From Octopus sinensis (lineage: Eukaryota), in the NCBI RefSeq assembly GCF_006345805.1, contig NC_042997.1, positions 114,514,001 to 114,578,000 of the forward strand: a stretch of DNA of 64,000 nt. The letters are read 5' to 3'. Positions within the stretch are counted from its first letter, which is position 1; every line of letters begins with the position of its first letter. Shown here piece after piece: positions 24,709 to 38,537 of this stretch. The notes under the pieces are model-generated. The model did not search any database. It saw only the letters and a program-made list of their open reading frames with translations, and had not been told where the DNA came from. The translations under genes were made by a program, and so were the position numbers.

Positions 24709-26230
24709 CTGAAACAGAGAGATAAAGAAATTAGCATATCATCAACAGAAGTAAAATTTATGTAAAAAAGAAAAAAAAAAAATATATATATATAGGTGCA
24801 GTCATGGCTGTATCATAAGAAGCTTGCTTCCCAACCACTGTGTGGCACTTTGGGCAAGCCTTGTGATTCAATTTGGTAGATGGAAACTGGAAGAAGCCCA
24901 TATATATATGTATATATTTATGTGTGTGTCTCCCACTGGCAACTGCTTGACAACCGATGCTGGTGTGTTTGTGTTTGCTTGACAACCGGTGCTGGTGTGT
25001 TTATGTCCCTGTAACTTAGCAGTTTGGCAAAAGAGACCGACAGAATAAGTACTAGGCTTACAAAGAATAAGTCCTGGGGGTCAATTTCTTCAACTAACAC
25101 CCTCTAAGGTGATGCTCCATTATGACCGCAGTCAAATGACTAAAACAAGTAAAAGAATAAAAGAATGAAAGACAAAACAAAAAACCCCACACAACCACTG
25201 CAGGAATGGCTGTGAGGTTTAGAAGTTCACTTTGAAACTATGTGTCCCTTTGGATAAGTGACATGCACTTTAGCTCCAGCAGACCAATTTCATGAGAGGG
25301 AATTTGTTAGATGGGAACTGTGTGGAAAAATAAAATAAAATAAATGTTTCCTTCTTGAGCCATGCCAGGCTCACAAGGGCCATTTTCCTGGTTTCAATGG
25401 CATATGTAGCCCCCACTTGGACAGACGCCAGTCTGTCGCAGGATTACTCTTTTACTTGTTTCAGTCATTTGACTATGGCCATGCTGGAGCACTGCCTTTA
25501 GTCGAGCAAATCGACCCCAGAGCTTATTCTTTGTAAGCCTAGTACTTATTCTATCGGTCTCTTTTGCCGAACTGTTAAGTTACAGGGATGTAAACACACC
25601 AGCATTGGTTGTCAAGTGATGTTGGAGGGGCAAACACAGACACACAACATATACACATACATATACGATGGGCTTCTGCCAGTTTCCATCTACCAAATCC
25701 ACTCACAAGGCTTTGGTTTGCCCAAAGCTATTATAGGAGAAGACACTTGCCCAAGGTGTCATGCTGTGGGACAGAACCTGGGACCATGTGGTTGGTAAGC
25801 AAGCTACTTACCACACAGCCACTTCTAATTTTTGCCAGCTGAGTGGACTGGAGCAATGTGAAATGAAGTGTTTTACTCAACAATACAACACGTCATCCAG
25901 TCCAGGAATCGAAACCACAATCTTACAATCATGAGTCCAACACCCTAGCCACTAAGTCACGCACCTCAACTGAACTGTGTGGAAGCACATCATTAAATAT
26001 TTTGTCTGACACTGATCTCCTCTGCATCCAACTCATTCCCTGTCTCTAATCATCTGTCTCTCTATCTTCACTCAGTGCACTTCCTATTCTGTCTCATATC
26101 CATGTTGCACCTAGACCTCACATCTCTCTCTCATCTTCCAGGTGAGCAAGCCATGTATTCATCTCTTCAACAAGAAATCTACTCCTCTCCCTCCATTATA
26201 GTTTCTTTCTTCAGCCTATACCTTGCTCAG

Positions 26231-26710
26231 TTAACCCTTTCATTACTGTATTTCTTTAGAGATGTTCCGTGTTTCTTTCAATTTCTTTAAATATAACAAA
26301 GAATTTAGTAAAATAACTTTGTTATAATTAAGCTTGTGTTAGGAACATAAGTTGTGACTAAGGTTTGGTGGAAGATTTTAATTCAGAACTTTTGAAAACA
26401 AGACATTCGTACTACTGACCCAGAAGCGGTTTCAACCAGGTTAATAACAAAAGGGTTAAGAATTGCTTCTATATTATATATTTTAACCCTTTTGCTACCA
26501 TATTTCTGTTGAGATGCTCTGTTTTTCTCTCAATTAATTTTAAATATAACAAAGAATTTAGTAAAATAACTTAGTTATCATTAAGTTAGTGTTAGGAACA
26601 TAAATTGCAACTAAGGTTTGTGGAAGATTTTAATTCAAAACTTATGAAAACAAGACATTTTTACTCAGAGCCAGAGCCGGTTTCAGCCGGGTTGGTAATG
26701 AAAGGGTTAA
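26231..26710 (-). mobile_element. Dimeric TTAA MITE, second locus
   Basis: Same two monomers and homologous spacer as 9732-10212, opposite orientation. Confidence 0.75.
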
Positions 26711-27781
26711 AAGGATCTTATCTTGTGGGTACTTGGCAACCTCACTGGTGCTGGTGCTTGTAAAATCCCTGAGTACACTGTGGTTGACATCAGGAAAGGC
26801 ATTCAGCTGTAGGAACCATGTCAAAGCAGACATAGAACCTAGTGGAACCCTCTGTCTTGACTGTTCTAGTCAAACCATGCAATCCATGCCAGCATGGAAA
26901 AAAGGATGTTAAATGATGATGATGATGTGTATGTATAAATATAAAATATATATGGTAAAACCAAATGATGATATTTTGAATACATTTAATATGTAAATTT
27001 CAGATTATTATGCAATAGATAAGGACTTCATCTTTAACAAAATATCTTCCTCAGTTAAAACATTTCACAATATGAATGGTATGATAAAATTTACCCTTTA
27101 TATATATAGTCATGGGCAGTTTAAATCACCTACAAGATGAGGAGATGACATAGCTAGAAGGGGTAGAAGCATCTATAGGATGAGACTTATCCTATCTTAC
27201 CAGACTTATTTTATTTAATTTAACTTATTTATTTAATGTATTTTTTTTATTCAAGGTCAGATTTGTAGTGACCCCTGGTGGTCAAGCAGAAAAGCAAAAT
27301 GAAAAAGGGATCTAACAAGAATAATTTCCTGCAACCTTCTTGAAAATTCTCAGATATTCTAGAAGCTTTCAATTAACTTCCGGATGACATGGAAGTCAGG
27401 GACTTCTGGTTCATCCCTTACATAAAGTGGACGCAATTCTAATTTCTTGCTCCTTTTGCCTGTCGGTTCCTAGGCATAGGCATTGAGCCATGCCATTTGC
27501 ACACCCCCCACACACGCGCACATATTCACCTCATTAGCTTTGAGACACATGGTTGCAAAGTATGTTCATGTAATATGTTTCAAACCATTCTTATATGTTA
27601 TCGCATTACATCCAGTAATAAATATGTTATGACTTATGAACATCTCACAAGTTCTTAAAAATGGTAAATGTTGATCTTGTCAACTTTAGTTTCCTGTTCT
27701 TACATTTCTTAAAACAGAATGGTAAATACTGTTTCTTCTTATCTTAGAAATCATTAACCACTTCTGATTATTCTAATGAGA

Positions 27782-27812
<31 letters not shown>

Positions 27813-28347
27813 GCTGCTGCTGTACTACTACTACTACTATTACTATTATTATGGTGGTAAGCTGGCAGAATCATTAGCACATCAGGCAAAATGCTAAGCG
27901 ATATTTCACCCGTCTTTATGTTCTGAGTTCAAATTCCACCAAGGTCAACTCGACCCCTCTTTCTTGCATGCAATTGTAAAATTGTAATTTGTCACATACT
28001 GACATCACTACAGATTTGAATCCTCTAAACATGAATATACATATTTCTTTACTACACACAAGGGGCTAAACACAGAGAGGACAAACAAGGACAGACAAAC
28101 GGATTAAGTTGATTATATCGACCCCAGTGCGTAACTGGTACTTATTTAATTGACCCCAAAAGGATGAAAGGCAAAGTCAACCTCGGCAGAATTTGAACTC
28201 AGAACGTAAAGACAGATGAAATACCCCTAAGCATTTCGCCCTGCATGCTAACATTTCAGCCAGCTCTCCTCTAAACATGAATATACAATGAAAGTAATGT
28301 ATTTCTACTATACTACTCAAAAATATTCACATAACCTGGATACTTAC

Positions 28348-28455
28348 TGTCAGGAGAGTCAGACTGCTCCGAAAAAGGAAAACTTGGATAACTGTATGGA
28401 TAAGGATACCTTGGTATCACTGGTAATGGATAAACTGGATATACCGGGGGGTATA
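28348..28455 (-). CDS. Exon E10, 108 nt ((V)YPPVYPVYPLPVIPRYPYPYSYPSFPFSEQSDSPD)
   Basis: tattgcag acceptor, A|GTAAGT donor (in-phase alternative donor 12 nt further at 28335); symmetric phase 1; strong YP periodicity. Confidence 0.8.
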
Positions 28456-28659
28456 CTGCAATATTTCAAGAAGAAATGGTTATAAATACGAAAATTAATG
28501 TTGAAATGTATTTCGATTAACAAACAAATCGACAAAAGAACGACAATTGGTGAGGTTATTATAGAAGAGACTGTCAAACAAACAGATTTTATACAACATT
28601 TATACTGTACTTCAAGTGTAAAAACTATAACTGAGAAAGATATGTATTTATTGATGCCA

Positions 28660-29562
28660 GTGCTGAATGACTTGCTCTCGTGCTGGTGGCACATAAAAAG
28701 CACTACCCAAATGTGATCGATGCCAGGGCCGCCTGACTTGCTCTCATGCTGGTGGCACATAAAAAGCACTACTGAATGTGATTGATGCCAGTGCTCCCTC
28801 ACTGGCTCTCGTGCTGGTGGTACGTAAAAAGCGTTACTGAATGTGATTGATGTCAGGACCGCCTAACTGGCTCCTGTACCCGGTGGCACATAAAAAGTAC
28901 TATCAGAATGTGATCGACACCAGGGCTAATTAATTGGCTCCTGTGCCAGTGGCATGTAAAAAGCACTATCCAAATGTGATCGATGCCAGGGCTGCCTGAC
29001 TGGATCCTGTGTTGGTGGCATATAAAAAGCACTATCTAAACGTGATTGATGCCAGTACCCCCGACTGGCTCCCGTACCAGTGGCACATAAAAAGTACTAT
29101 CCAAATGTGATCAATGCCAGAGCTGACTAACTGGCTCCCATGCTGGTGGCACATAAAAGCATTATCCAAATGTGATCAATGCCAGGGCCACCTGATTGGC
29201 TCCTCTGTCAGTGGCACATAAAAAGCACTATCTAAACGTGATCAATGCCACTACCCCCTGACTTCATGACTGTGATTTTACTTGGCTTCATGGGTCTTCT
29301 TCTCCTGTGTCAGTGGCATGTAAAAAGCACTATCCAAACATGATCGATGCCAGTACCCCTTGACTGGCTCTTGTGCTGGTGGAAAGTAAAAAACACCCAC
29401 TACACACTCAGAGTGGTTGGCATTAGGAAAGGCATCCAGCTGTAGAAACCTTGCCAGATTAGATTGGAGCTTGGTGCAGCCTTCTGGCTTGCCAGATCTC
29501 AGTCAAACCGTCCAGCCCATGCCAGCATTGAAAATGGACATTAAACAATGATGATGATGATT
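28660..29562 (+). repeat. RTE 3'-UTR fragment with ~11 copies of a 65-66-bp minisatellite unit and (GAT)n tail
   Basis: GTGGCACATAAAAAGCAC core recurs at about 28686, 28751, 28817, 28883, 28949, 29015, 29080, 29146, 29211, 29313, 29380. Confidence 0.85.
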
Positions 29563-30016
29563 GAATTGGCAGCAGAAAGAATACGAATGCAATTTGAATT
29601 CAAAATGAAATAAATTCACTTCAAACTTTTAGCAGTTGATTTTTTTCTCTGAGTACATAATATCCAAACTTTTAGATATTTGATATTGACTGTGATATCA
29701 AAGTGCATATAACAGCAAACACGTTTTATCAACATTGTTCCTGCTGTCATGAAGTTACACTTTTTATGATATGAGTACAGTTTATAAATACAATAATTTT
29801 TGAAACTTTGAATAAGCACAAAACTAACTTATCAAACAATGCCAATTCACAGTGATTTTATGTGTGTATATGTCATCTATCTCTGACGAGTGTATATTAT
29901 ATAACTGATTTGTTGTCTACCACTCCATTATATAATTTCATACGAAACCGATTGATAAGACCAGCCATGGTGGATAATTAACACTATAAAATTCAGATAT
30001 ATAAAAATATATATAC

Positions 30017-32005
30017 AGAGGTATCAAGCTGCTGGATCAGGTGATGAAGGTTACGGAGAGGGTCATAAGCCCAACTAATTAGAGAGATAGTTAGTTTAGA
30101 TTAGATGCAGTTTGGGTTTGTGCCAGGGAAAAGTACTACTGATGCTATATTCCTGGTAAGGCAGCTGCAGGAGAAATACCTAGCCAAAGATAAGCCCCTG
30201 TACCTGGCTTTTGTTGACATGGAGAAATCCTTCGACAGGTTCCCCCGATCCCTTATCTGGTGGTCAATGAGGAAACTAGGGATAGATGAATGGTTAGTGA
30301 GAGCTGTGCGGGCCATGTATAGGGACGCTGCTAGTAGGGTGAGGGTTGGAAACGAGTACAGTGAAGAATTCCGGGTAGAGGTAGGGGTCCACCAAGGCTC
30401 AGTACTCAGCCCCCTCCTATTTATCATAGTCCTCCAGGCAATAACGGAGGAATTCAAGACAGGATGCCCTTGGGAGCTCCTCTATGCTGATGACCTTGCT
30501 CTAATTGCTGAGTCGCTATCAGAACTGGAGGAGAAGTTTCAGGTGTGGAAACAAGGATTAGAATCGAAGGGCCTCAGAGTCAATCTAGCTAAAACCAAAG
30601 TCGTAATCAGTAGGAAGGTAGACAAATCACAAACGCCTTCAGGTAGATGGCCCTGCTCAATCTGTAGAAAAGGTGTAGGTAGAAACTCTATAAGATGCAC
30701 CAAGTGTAAGCTATGGACACATAAGAGGTGCAGCAATGTCAAAGGAAGGCTAACTAGGAAGATGGTTTTTGTATGTGGCAGATGCTCAGGAACAATAAGC
30801 ACTGAAAATGCTCTGAGACCAACTTCCGTCACTTTCCAGGGAGAAAAACTAGAAATAGTTGATAGTTTCCGTTACCTAGGTGACCAAGTCAGCAGCGGGG
30901 GCGGATGTGCTGAAAGTGTAACTGCTAGAGTAAGAATAGCTTGGGCAAAGTTCAGAGAGCTCTTATTTCTGCTGGTGACAAAAGGCCTCTCGCACAGAGT
31001 GAAAGGCAGACTGTATGATGCGTATGAACGAAAAGCCATGCTACATGGCAGTGAAACATGGGCCGTGACTGCTGAGGATATGCATAAGCTCACAAGAAAT
31101 GAAGCCAGTATGCTCCGATGGATGTGTAATGTCAGTACTCATACTCGGCAGAGTGTAAGTACCTTGAGAGAAAAGCTGGACCTAAGAAGCATCAGTTGTG
31201 GTGTGCAAGAGAGACGTTTGCGCTGGTATGGTCATGTGGCGAGAATGGATGAAGATAGTTGTGTGAAAAAGTGCCACACCCTAGCTGTTGAGGGAACCTG
31301 CGGAAGAGGCAGACCCAGGAAAACCTGGGACGAGGTGGTGAAGCACGACCTTCGAACTTTAGGTCTCACTGAGGAAATGACTAGAGACCGAGACCTCTGG
31401 AAGTGTGCTGTGCGCGAGAAGACCCGGCAGGACAAGTGAGTCCATAACCCGTGGCCTTCTACATGGGATGTAGCCAGCCTACGTATGCATACCTTCCCTT
31501 CTTGGGACACAAAACTCTACTTGTGAAGACCTGTTGAGGCAAGTGAGGATCAGAATCGAAATCGATCAATGGAAATTGCAGATGTGTTACCAGTGCCGGT
31601 GGCATGTCGAAACTCTACTTGTGAAGACCTGTTGAGGCAAGTGAGGATCAGAATCGAAATCGATCAATGGAAATTGCAGATGTGTTACCAGTGCCGGTGG
31701 CATGTAAGAGAACCTTCCGTTTTGCGACCGTTGCCAGCACCGCCCCGACTGGCCTCGTGCCGATGGCACATAAAAAGTACCATCCGTTCGTGGCCGTTTG
31801 CCAGCTCTGTCTGGCACCTGTGCGGGTGGCACGTAAAAAGCACCCACTACACTCACGGAGTGGTTGGCGTTAGGAAGGGCATCCAGCCGTAGAAACACTG
31901 CCAGATTTGACTGGGCCTGATGAAGCCTTCTGGCTTCACAGACCCCAGTAGAACCGTCCAACCCATGCTAGCATGGAAAACGGACGCTAAACGATGATGA
32001 TGATG
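30017..32005 (+). mobile_element. 5'-truncated RTE-clade LINE: RT ORF 30105-31439, 3' UTR, (GAT)n tail
   Basis: LAFVDMEKSFD, GVHQGSVLSPLLF, YADD, RRLRWYGHVARM, GRGRPRKTW motifs; C4HC3 finger at 30654-30785. Confidence 0.95.
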
Positions 32006-32374
32006 ACACACACAAGGATAATATAACACAAGGATGGAATTTAACAGGTTTAAGTAGATCACAACACTTGTTTCTGCACCACAGCCATTGCAGCCACACA
32101 CAGCTTTGCTGAGCCACATTCAACTGTATAATAATTACAAGGTGGTGTCAGAAAGCTCCAGGATTCATCATCATCACCATCATTGTTTAACGTCTGCTTT
32201 CCATGCTAGCATGGGTTGGACAATTTGACTGAGGACTGGCGAACAAGATGGGTGCATCAGGCTCCAATCTGATCTGACAGAGTTTCTACAGCTGGATGCC
32301 CTTCCTAATGCCAACCACTCCGAGAGTGTAGTGGGTGCTTTTACGTGCCACCAGCATGAGGGCCAGTCAGGGTT

Positions 32375-33000
32375 ATGTTTGATAAAAAGTAACTTATTTA
32401 CCAAATAGTCCCCTTGCACAGCAATATACTGGTCCCAGTGTTCCTGCCGCTTTGGGAATCTGGCCTAGAAGTAATTTTCCATAAGTGAATCAAAGATCTC
32501 CTGTGATTCACTCTTGATCTCAACAACAGTGTTAAAACAGTGACCTTTGAGGTGCATTTTCATCTTGAGGAAGAGATTGAAGTTTGGAGTTGCTAAATCT
32601 GGCAAATAGGGCAAGTGCAGAAGTAATAACATGGTGTTTTTTGGCGTAAAGCTGACAAATGAGGAGATTTCCGTGACAGGGTGCATTGTCATGAAAAATC
32701 CAACTCTTTACACTCCACAGATCCAGTAGCTTTCACCAGATGTCCCCCTTCAAACGTTTCAAAACATCACCGTAGAATTCTCAATTGATGGTTGGGCCCT
32801 GGGGGATAAATTCTTTATGCAAAATATCACAACTGCCAAAGAAAATATCATGCACATGCACTTGATTGTGCTGCGGCTAAGTTGTGCCGTCTTCAGTTGT
32901 GGAGATGAAGGGCTCTTCCATTGTGATGACTGCTCCTCTGTCTCAGGGTCATACCCACAGAGCCAACTCATTATTGGTGATGAACCTCGATATGAAGGAT
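32375..33000 (-). mobile_element. Mariner transposase relic
   Basis: HLPYLPDLAT (YSPDLAP-like), KMHLKGHCFNTVVEIK; disrupted. Confidence 0.8.
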
Positions 33001-33006
33001 AAGCAA

Positions 33007-33375
33007 GTGTTAGGAACATAAATTGTGACTAAGTTTTGGTGGAAGATTTTAATGCAAAACTTATGAAAGCAAGACATTTGTACTCAGAGCTGGTTTCAGC
33101 CGGGTTGGTATCGAAAGGGTTAAGAATTGTTTCTTTATTGTATATTTTAACCCTTTTGTTACCATATTTCTGTTGAGATGCTTTGTGTTTCTTTCAATTA
33201 ATTTTGAATATAACAAAGAATTTAGTAAAATAACTTAGTTATCATTCAGCTAGTGTTAGGAACATAAATTGTGACTAAGGTTTGGTGGAAGATTTTAACT
33301 CAAAACTTATGAAAACAAGAAATTTGTACTCAGAGCCAGAACCGGTTTCAGCCGGGTTGGTAACAAAAGATTTAA
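33007..33375 (-). mobile_element. Dimeric TTAA MITE, third locus (first monomer truncated)
   Basis: AAAGGG-TTAA, spacer gaattgtttctttattgtatatt, TTAA-CCCTTT. Confidence 0.7.
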
Positions 33376-33390
33376 ACTTCTAATACAGAC

Positions 33391-33435
33391 CTGGTGTGGG
33401 TATCCATTCAGTTTTACTTTTGGGAAAGTATGATC
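33391..33435 (-). CDS. Micro-exon E9, 45 nt ((G)SYFPKSKTEWIPTP)
   Basis: ttattttacag acceptor, G|GTCTGT donor, symmetric phase 1, EW motif shared with other A-type exons. Confidence 0.75.
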
Positions 33436-35322
33436 CTGTAAAATAATCAACAGAAAATAATCAATTAATTACTAATAAACACAAGAAGATAAATTATTGA
33501 GTGTTACTGTTCATTCTGATATTATGTGGGTTTTTATATGTGTGTATGCATCATCATTGTCATCATCATCATTTTAATATCCACTTTTACATGCTTGCAG
33601 GGGTTGGGTGAAATTTGATGAGGTATTTTCTGAAGTTTGATGTCCTTCCTGTTGTTAGCCCTCTCTTGTTTGCAGACATATTTTCACAGAAGACTGGAAA
33701 TGAAGGACATCACTTGCATGACTATGACACACCTTTACAACAATCTTGCCTTGAAGTCAAAACAAAGAGACACACACATGCATACATATTTATATTCATA
33801 TGTATACACAAGTGGAGGCGCAATGGCCCAGTGGTTAGGGCAGCGGACTCGCGGTCATAGGATCGCGGTTTCGATTCCCAGACCGGGCGTTGTGAGTGTT
33901 TATTGAGCAAAAACACCTAAAGCTCCACGAGGCTCTGGCAGGGTGGTGGTGGCGAATCCTGCTATACTCTTTCGCCACAACTTTCTCTCACTCTTTCTTC
34001 TGTTGGCCTGCTCACTTAGCCAGTGGGGTGGCATCATTTGAAGGCTAAAACAATGTGAAGTGCATTGTGACCAGCGATGTGTAGCAACATCTGATAGCCT
34101 GGTCAGTCACGGTGATCACGGTAATGTATACACAAGGTGCCATGGGTAAATTGTTGCTATTTTATATTATTAATTTGTGCATGCGCATTATTCGTTTTTG
34201 ATTTTGTTGACTACACAGTATAGTAGGGTCAGTTGGGCACCATCTGTGAAAAAAAACAGCAATTCGTTCTGCCAGAAATTCGGAAATGACATGTACTGCT
34301 TGGCATTTGCACCAGCAGAGAGAGAAAAAGGATAGAAGACACTAAAGATGTAACTAGGTGGGATACACTGAAGTTACAAGGAGATGTATATATGTGGAGT
34401 GAGATGACAGATTAGATGGGGTGAGTGGGAGGCTGAGGGGAGGAGATGTAGTGAATGGACACAAAGAGGGAGGATGTGTTACTAGGATATATTGTGGTTG
34501 ATTTGACAGGACATAGTGTGCAGGTGGGTTCAAAAGGGTGCAAAAGGAGAGTGGGGGATATAGGGGAGGGGAATACAGCAAGTGGTGGACCTGGTTAGAG
34601 GGAGGGGATAGGTGTTAGGAAGATGGGTTAAGGGTTAGAGGTTTGTCAGGGACAAATTGCGTGCAGGGCTATGGACATTAAAAAAAAACATGCCTTTATT
34701 GTCTTCATTTTGCTTAGCCAAATCTCTAATCATCTCAGTCCTTACATGCGTAAACATCATCATCATCATCATCATCATCTAACGTCTGTTGTCCATGCTG
34801 GCACGGGTTGAACAGTTTGACTGGGCTGACACACTGGAAGGCTGCACCAGACTCCAGTCTGATTTGGCATGGTTTTTTACAGCTGGATGCCTTTTCTACA
34901 CCAACAACTCCGAGAGTGTATTGGGTGCTTTCACGTGTCACTGGCACAGGTGCCATTTACGTGACACCGGTATCTGCCATGACTGTGATTTTACTTGGCT
35001 TCATGGGTCTTCTTCTCAATCATACCATAATGCCAAAGGTCTCGGTCATTGCCTTTGTGAGGCTGAACACTTGAAAGGAGCTCAGCCACTTTGTCTTTGT
35101 GAGGCCTAATGCTCGAAAGGTACTTTTTACATGCCACCAGCATGGGTGCTAGTTATGTGACACCAGCATCAGCCACAACTATGATTTCACTTGGATTCAT
35201 GGCTCCTCTCAAGCACATCACATCACCAAAGGTCTTGGTCACTAGTCATTGCCTCCATGATATATGTGTGTATATGTAGAAAAATTATTATTTCTAAATC
35301 TCTGAATGAGAAACATGTTTAT

Positions 35323-35868
35323 TTGCCAATGTAAAGTGGCAGTCCTGGTTAGGACAAATGTTGCTGCTATTTAGACCCAGGAAAGCATCTTCTCCAGCTG
35401 GTTATCAATGCACTAACTGCATCCTTATATTTCCCCACTCAGCTCAAAGTTAAGTGGGGACACTAGCTCCCTTGTTTGAAAATATAAGGATGTCCCGTGC
35501 CTGTGCCACCTGACTGACTCCCGTGTCGGTGGCATATAAAAAGCACCGTTCAAGCATGGTCATTGCCAGTGGTGGAGAAAAGCACCATTCAAGTGTGGTC
35601 AATGCCAGTGCTGCCTGACTGGCCCTCTTGCTGGTGGCATCAGCTGTAGAAACTTTGCCAGATCAGATTGGAGCCTGGTGCAGCCCCCCCCACCCAGCTT
35701 GCCAGTCTTCAGTCAAGCCATCCAAACCATGCCAGCATGAAAAGCAGACGTTAAACAATGATGATAAGGCAGTTAGTGTGTCAATAGCCAGCTGGAGACG
35801 ATGGCTTCCTGGGGCTAAATAACAGTAACATTTGTCCTAATCAGGACTGCCACTTTGCATTGGCAAAT
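35323..35868. mobile_element. MITE with ~100-bp TIRs carrying a nested RTE tail
   Basis: tttgccaatgtaaagtggcagtcctg...cactaactgc is inverted at 35770-35868. Confidence 0.65.
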
Positions 35869-35876
35869 AGACTTTA

Positions 35877-35908
<32 letters not shown>

Positions 35909-36688
35909 GTATATATATATAATATATGATGCCGGTGGCATGTAAAAAACACCATTTGAACGTGACCGTTACCTGCATCGCCTTACTGGCACTTGTGCTG
36001 GTGGCACACGAAAAAACATTCGAGTGAGGGTGTTGCCAGTGCCGCTGGAATGGCTCCTGTGCAGGTGGCACATAAAATGCACCATCTGAGCATGGCTGTT
36101 GCCAGTACTGCCTGATTGGTCCTTGTGCCGGTGGCATGTAAAAGCACCCACTACACTCTCAGTGGTTGGCGTTAGGAAGAGCATCCAGAAACTCTGCCAG
36201 ATCAGATTGGAGCCTGGTGCAGCCATCTGGTTCACCAGACTTCAGTCAAATCATCCAACCCATGCTGGCATGGAAAGCAGACATTAAACGATGATGATGA
36301 TGATGATGTGACTCATGCACCCATTAAGCACATACATTTTCAGAGATAATAGCTGTGTAGATTATGGCAGCATGCTGGCAGAGTCATTAGTATGCTGAGC
36401 AAAATGGTTGGCGGCATTTCATGTTTTTACATTCTGAATTCAAATTCTGCCACGCTTGACTTTGCCTTTCATCTTTCCAGGGTCAATAAAATAAGTATCA
36501 GTGGACCCCTGGGATTGATATAATCAATTTACCCCTTCCTCCAAGATTGCTGGCCTTGTGCCAAAATTCGAAACTAATATCTGCGTAGATGAAGTGAGGA
36601 AGAAAGATGACGTGTGTGAGTGTATGTACATGTGTATGTATGTAGATGTGTGTGCGCGTGTGAGTAATTTTAGATTTTATTTACAAAC

Positions 36689-36730
36689 CTGGCCACAGTC
36701 TCCATTCTGGACGTGGTTGTGGGTTAATTG
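36689..36730 (-). CDS. Micro-exon E8, 42 nt ((A)INPQPRPEWRLWP)
   Basis: T10-cccccag acceptor, G|GTTTGT donor, symmetric phase 1, PEW motif. Confidence 0.75.
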
Positions 36731-36993
36731 CTGGGGGAAAAAAAAAAGAAATCAGCTAATTAGTTATTAATTACATCAATCTGATAATGAAAGGAAACAA
36801 ATCTGATGTTACAAGCAAAAAAAAAGTTACCAGGCATGGCTGTGTGGTTAAGAATCTTACTTTGCAACCATCTAGTTTTAGGTTCAGTCCCACCATGTGA
36901 CACCTTGGGAAAGCACCTTCTACTATAGCTCCAGGCTGATCAATGCCTTGCAAATGACATTGTTAGATAAAAACTCTAGGAAGCCTATATATA

Positions 36994-37209
36994 TGAGGGG
37001 GTGCTGAAGAGTTCCTGGTTTTGGGTAAAAGAAAATAGAGGAGGATCAGTTAATTATTATTTTACTTGACACATTCCCCTCTCAAGATTCACACATTTAT
37101 TTCAGTGGTCCTTCAGTTTTCTAAGTCCTGTAAAAGAACTTGGAAGGTTGGGCCTCAAACCATGTCTTATGTGATATCCTTAAAACCAGGAACTTTTCAG
37201 CACCCCTCA
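36994..37209. mobile_element. Mariner-derived MITE
   Basis: TIRs tgagggg(g)tgctgaa(g/a)agttcctgg, TA on both sides. Confidence 0.75.
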
Positions 37210-37585
37210 TATGTATATATGTGTACTATTTTACTTGTTTCAGTCATTTGACTGCAGCCATGCTGGAGCACTGCCTTTAGTCGAACAAATTGACCCTTGG
37301 ACTTATTCTTTGTAAGCCTAGTACTTATTCTATTGTTCTTTTTTGCTGAACCGCTAAGTTACATGGATGTAAACACACCAACATCAGTTGTTAAGCAATG
37401 GTGGAGGGACAAACATAGATACACAAATACACACACACACACACACATATGTATATGATGGGCTTCTTTCAGCTTCCATCTACCAAATCCACTCACACTT
37501 GCCCAAGGTGCCACACAGTGGGACTGAAACCAGAACCATGTGGTTGGGAAGCAAATTTCTTACCACACAGCCCCTCCTCTCTATC

Positions 37586-37632
<47 letters not shown>

Positions 37633-38473
37633 TATATATCATGGCACTCTGTTGATTACAATGACAAGGGTTCCAGTTGATGCGATCAACGGAACAGCCT
37701 GCACATGAAATTAACGTGCAAGTGACTGAGCACTCCACAGACACGTATACCCTTAACGTAGTTCTCGGGGAGATTCAGCATGACACAGAGTGTGACAAGG
37801 CTGGCCCTTTGCAATACAGGTACAACAGAAACAGGAAGAAAGACTGAGAGAAGGTTGCGGTGAAGGAGTACAGTAGGGTTTACCATCACTCCTTGCCGTA
37901 GGCTCGTGGAGCTTTAGGTGCTTTCGCTCAATAAACACTCACATCACCCGGTCTGGGGATTAAAACCGCAATCTTATGATTGTGAGTCTGCTGCTCTAAC
38001 CCCTGGGCCACTGTGCATTCACATACTGTGTATAAAACATCAATGTATCATAATATCCAAAAGAGAAGCACACGCTAATGCATAGAGCAGTTATGTAATC
38101 TTAAGTAGTTAATCTATTGTCCGGTCATAGACTGACCAATGGTTTTGCATCCACACAGGACTTAACCTCATGAGCGACTCTTCACCTCTGGGAGGCAGGA
38201 ATCCATTATGGTCATTTGGTCAGTAAGTCATCAAAGAATAAATTGTCTGGGATCAACGTGGATGGGTAATCTCCCTTGACCAGTTTTTAAAAATTTTTGT
38301 GAGCCAAAAGATGGAGAACAAGGATTTATAACTTGGGCTGCTTCTGGATCCTAAGGACTCTTTCAGGTCTACTTGGAGGATGGGGAATCCCATGCTTGCA
38401 GCAGATAGGGTTTGAAATAGATGCAAGGGCTGTAAATATATATATATATATTATATATATATATATATATATC

Positions 38474-38535
<62 letters not shown>

Positions 38536-38537
<2 letters not shown>

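Noticed and set aside
28660-29400. CRISPR-like regular repeats
   Set aside because: Units are homologous along their whole length with no unique spacers, lie in an RTE 3' UTR, and no cas genes are present in this eukaryotic DNA
29941-29980. Candidate extra micro-exon (NYPPWLVLS)
   Set aside because: 40 or 35 nt; the PPW frame is not phase 1-1 and would frameshift the model
33811-33890. tRNA gene
   Set aside because: tRNA-like head of SINE family C, continuing into the SINE body in many copies
38040-38420. Possible exon or RT fragment
   Set aside because: Stops in all frames and no motif I can assign confidently
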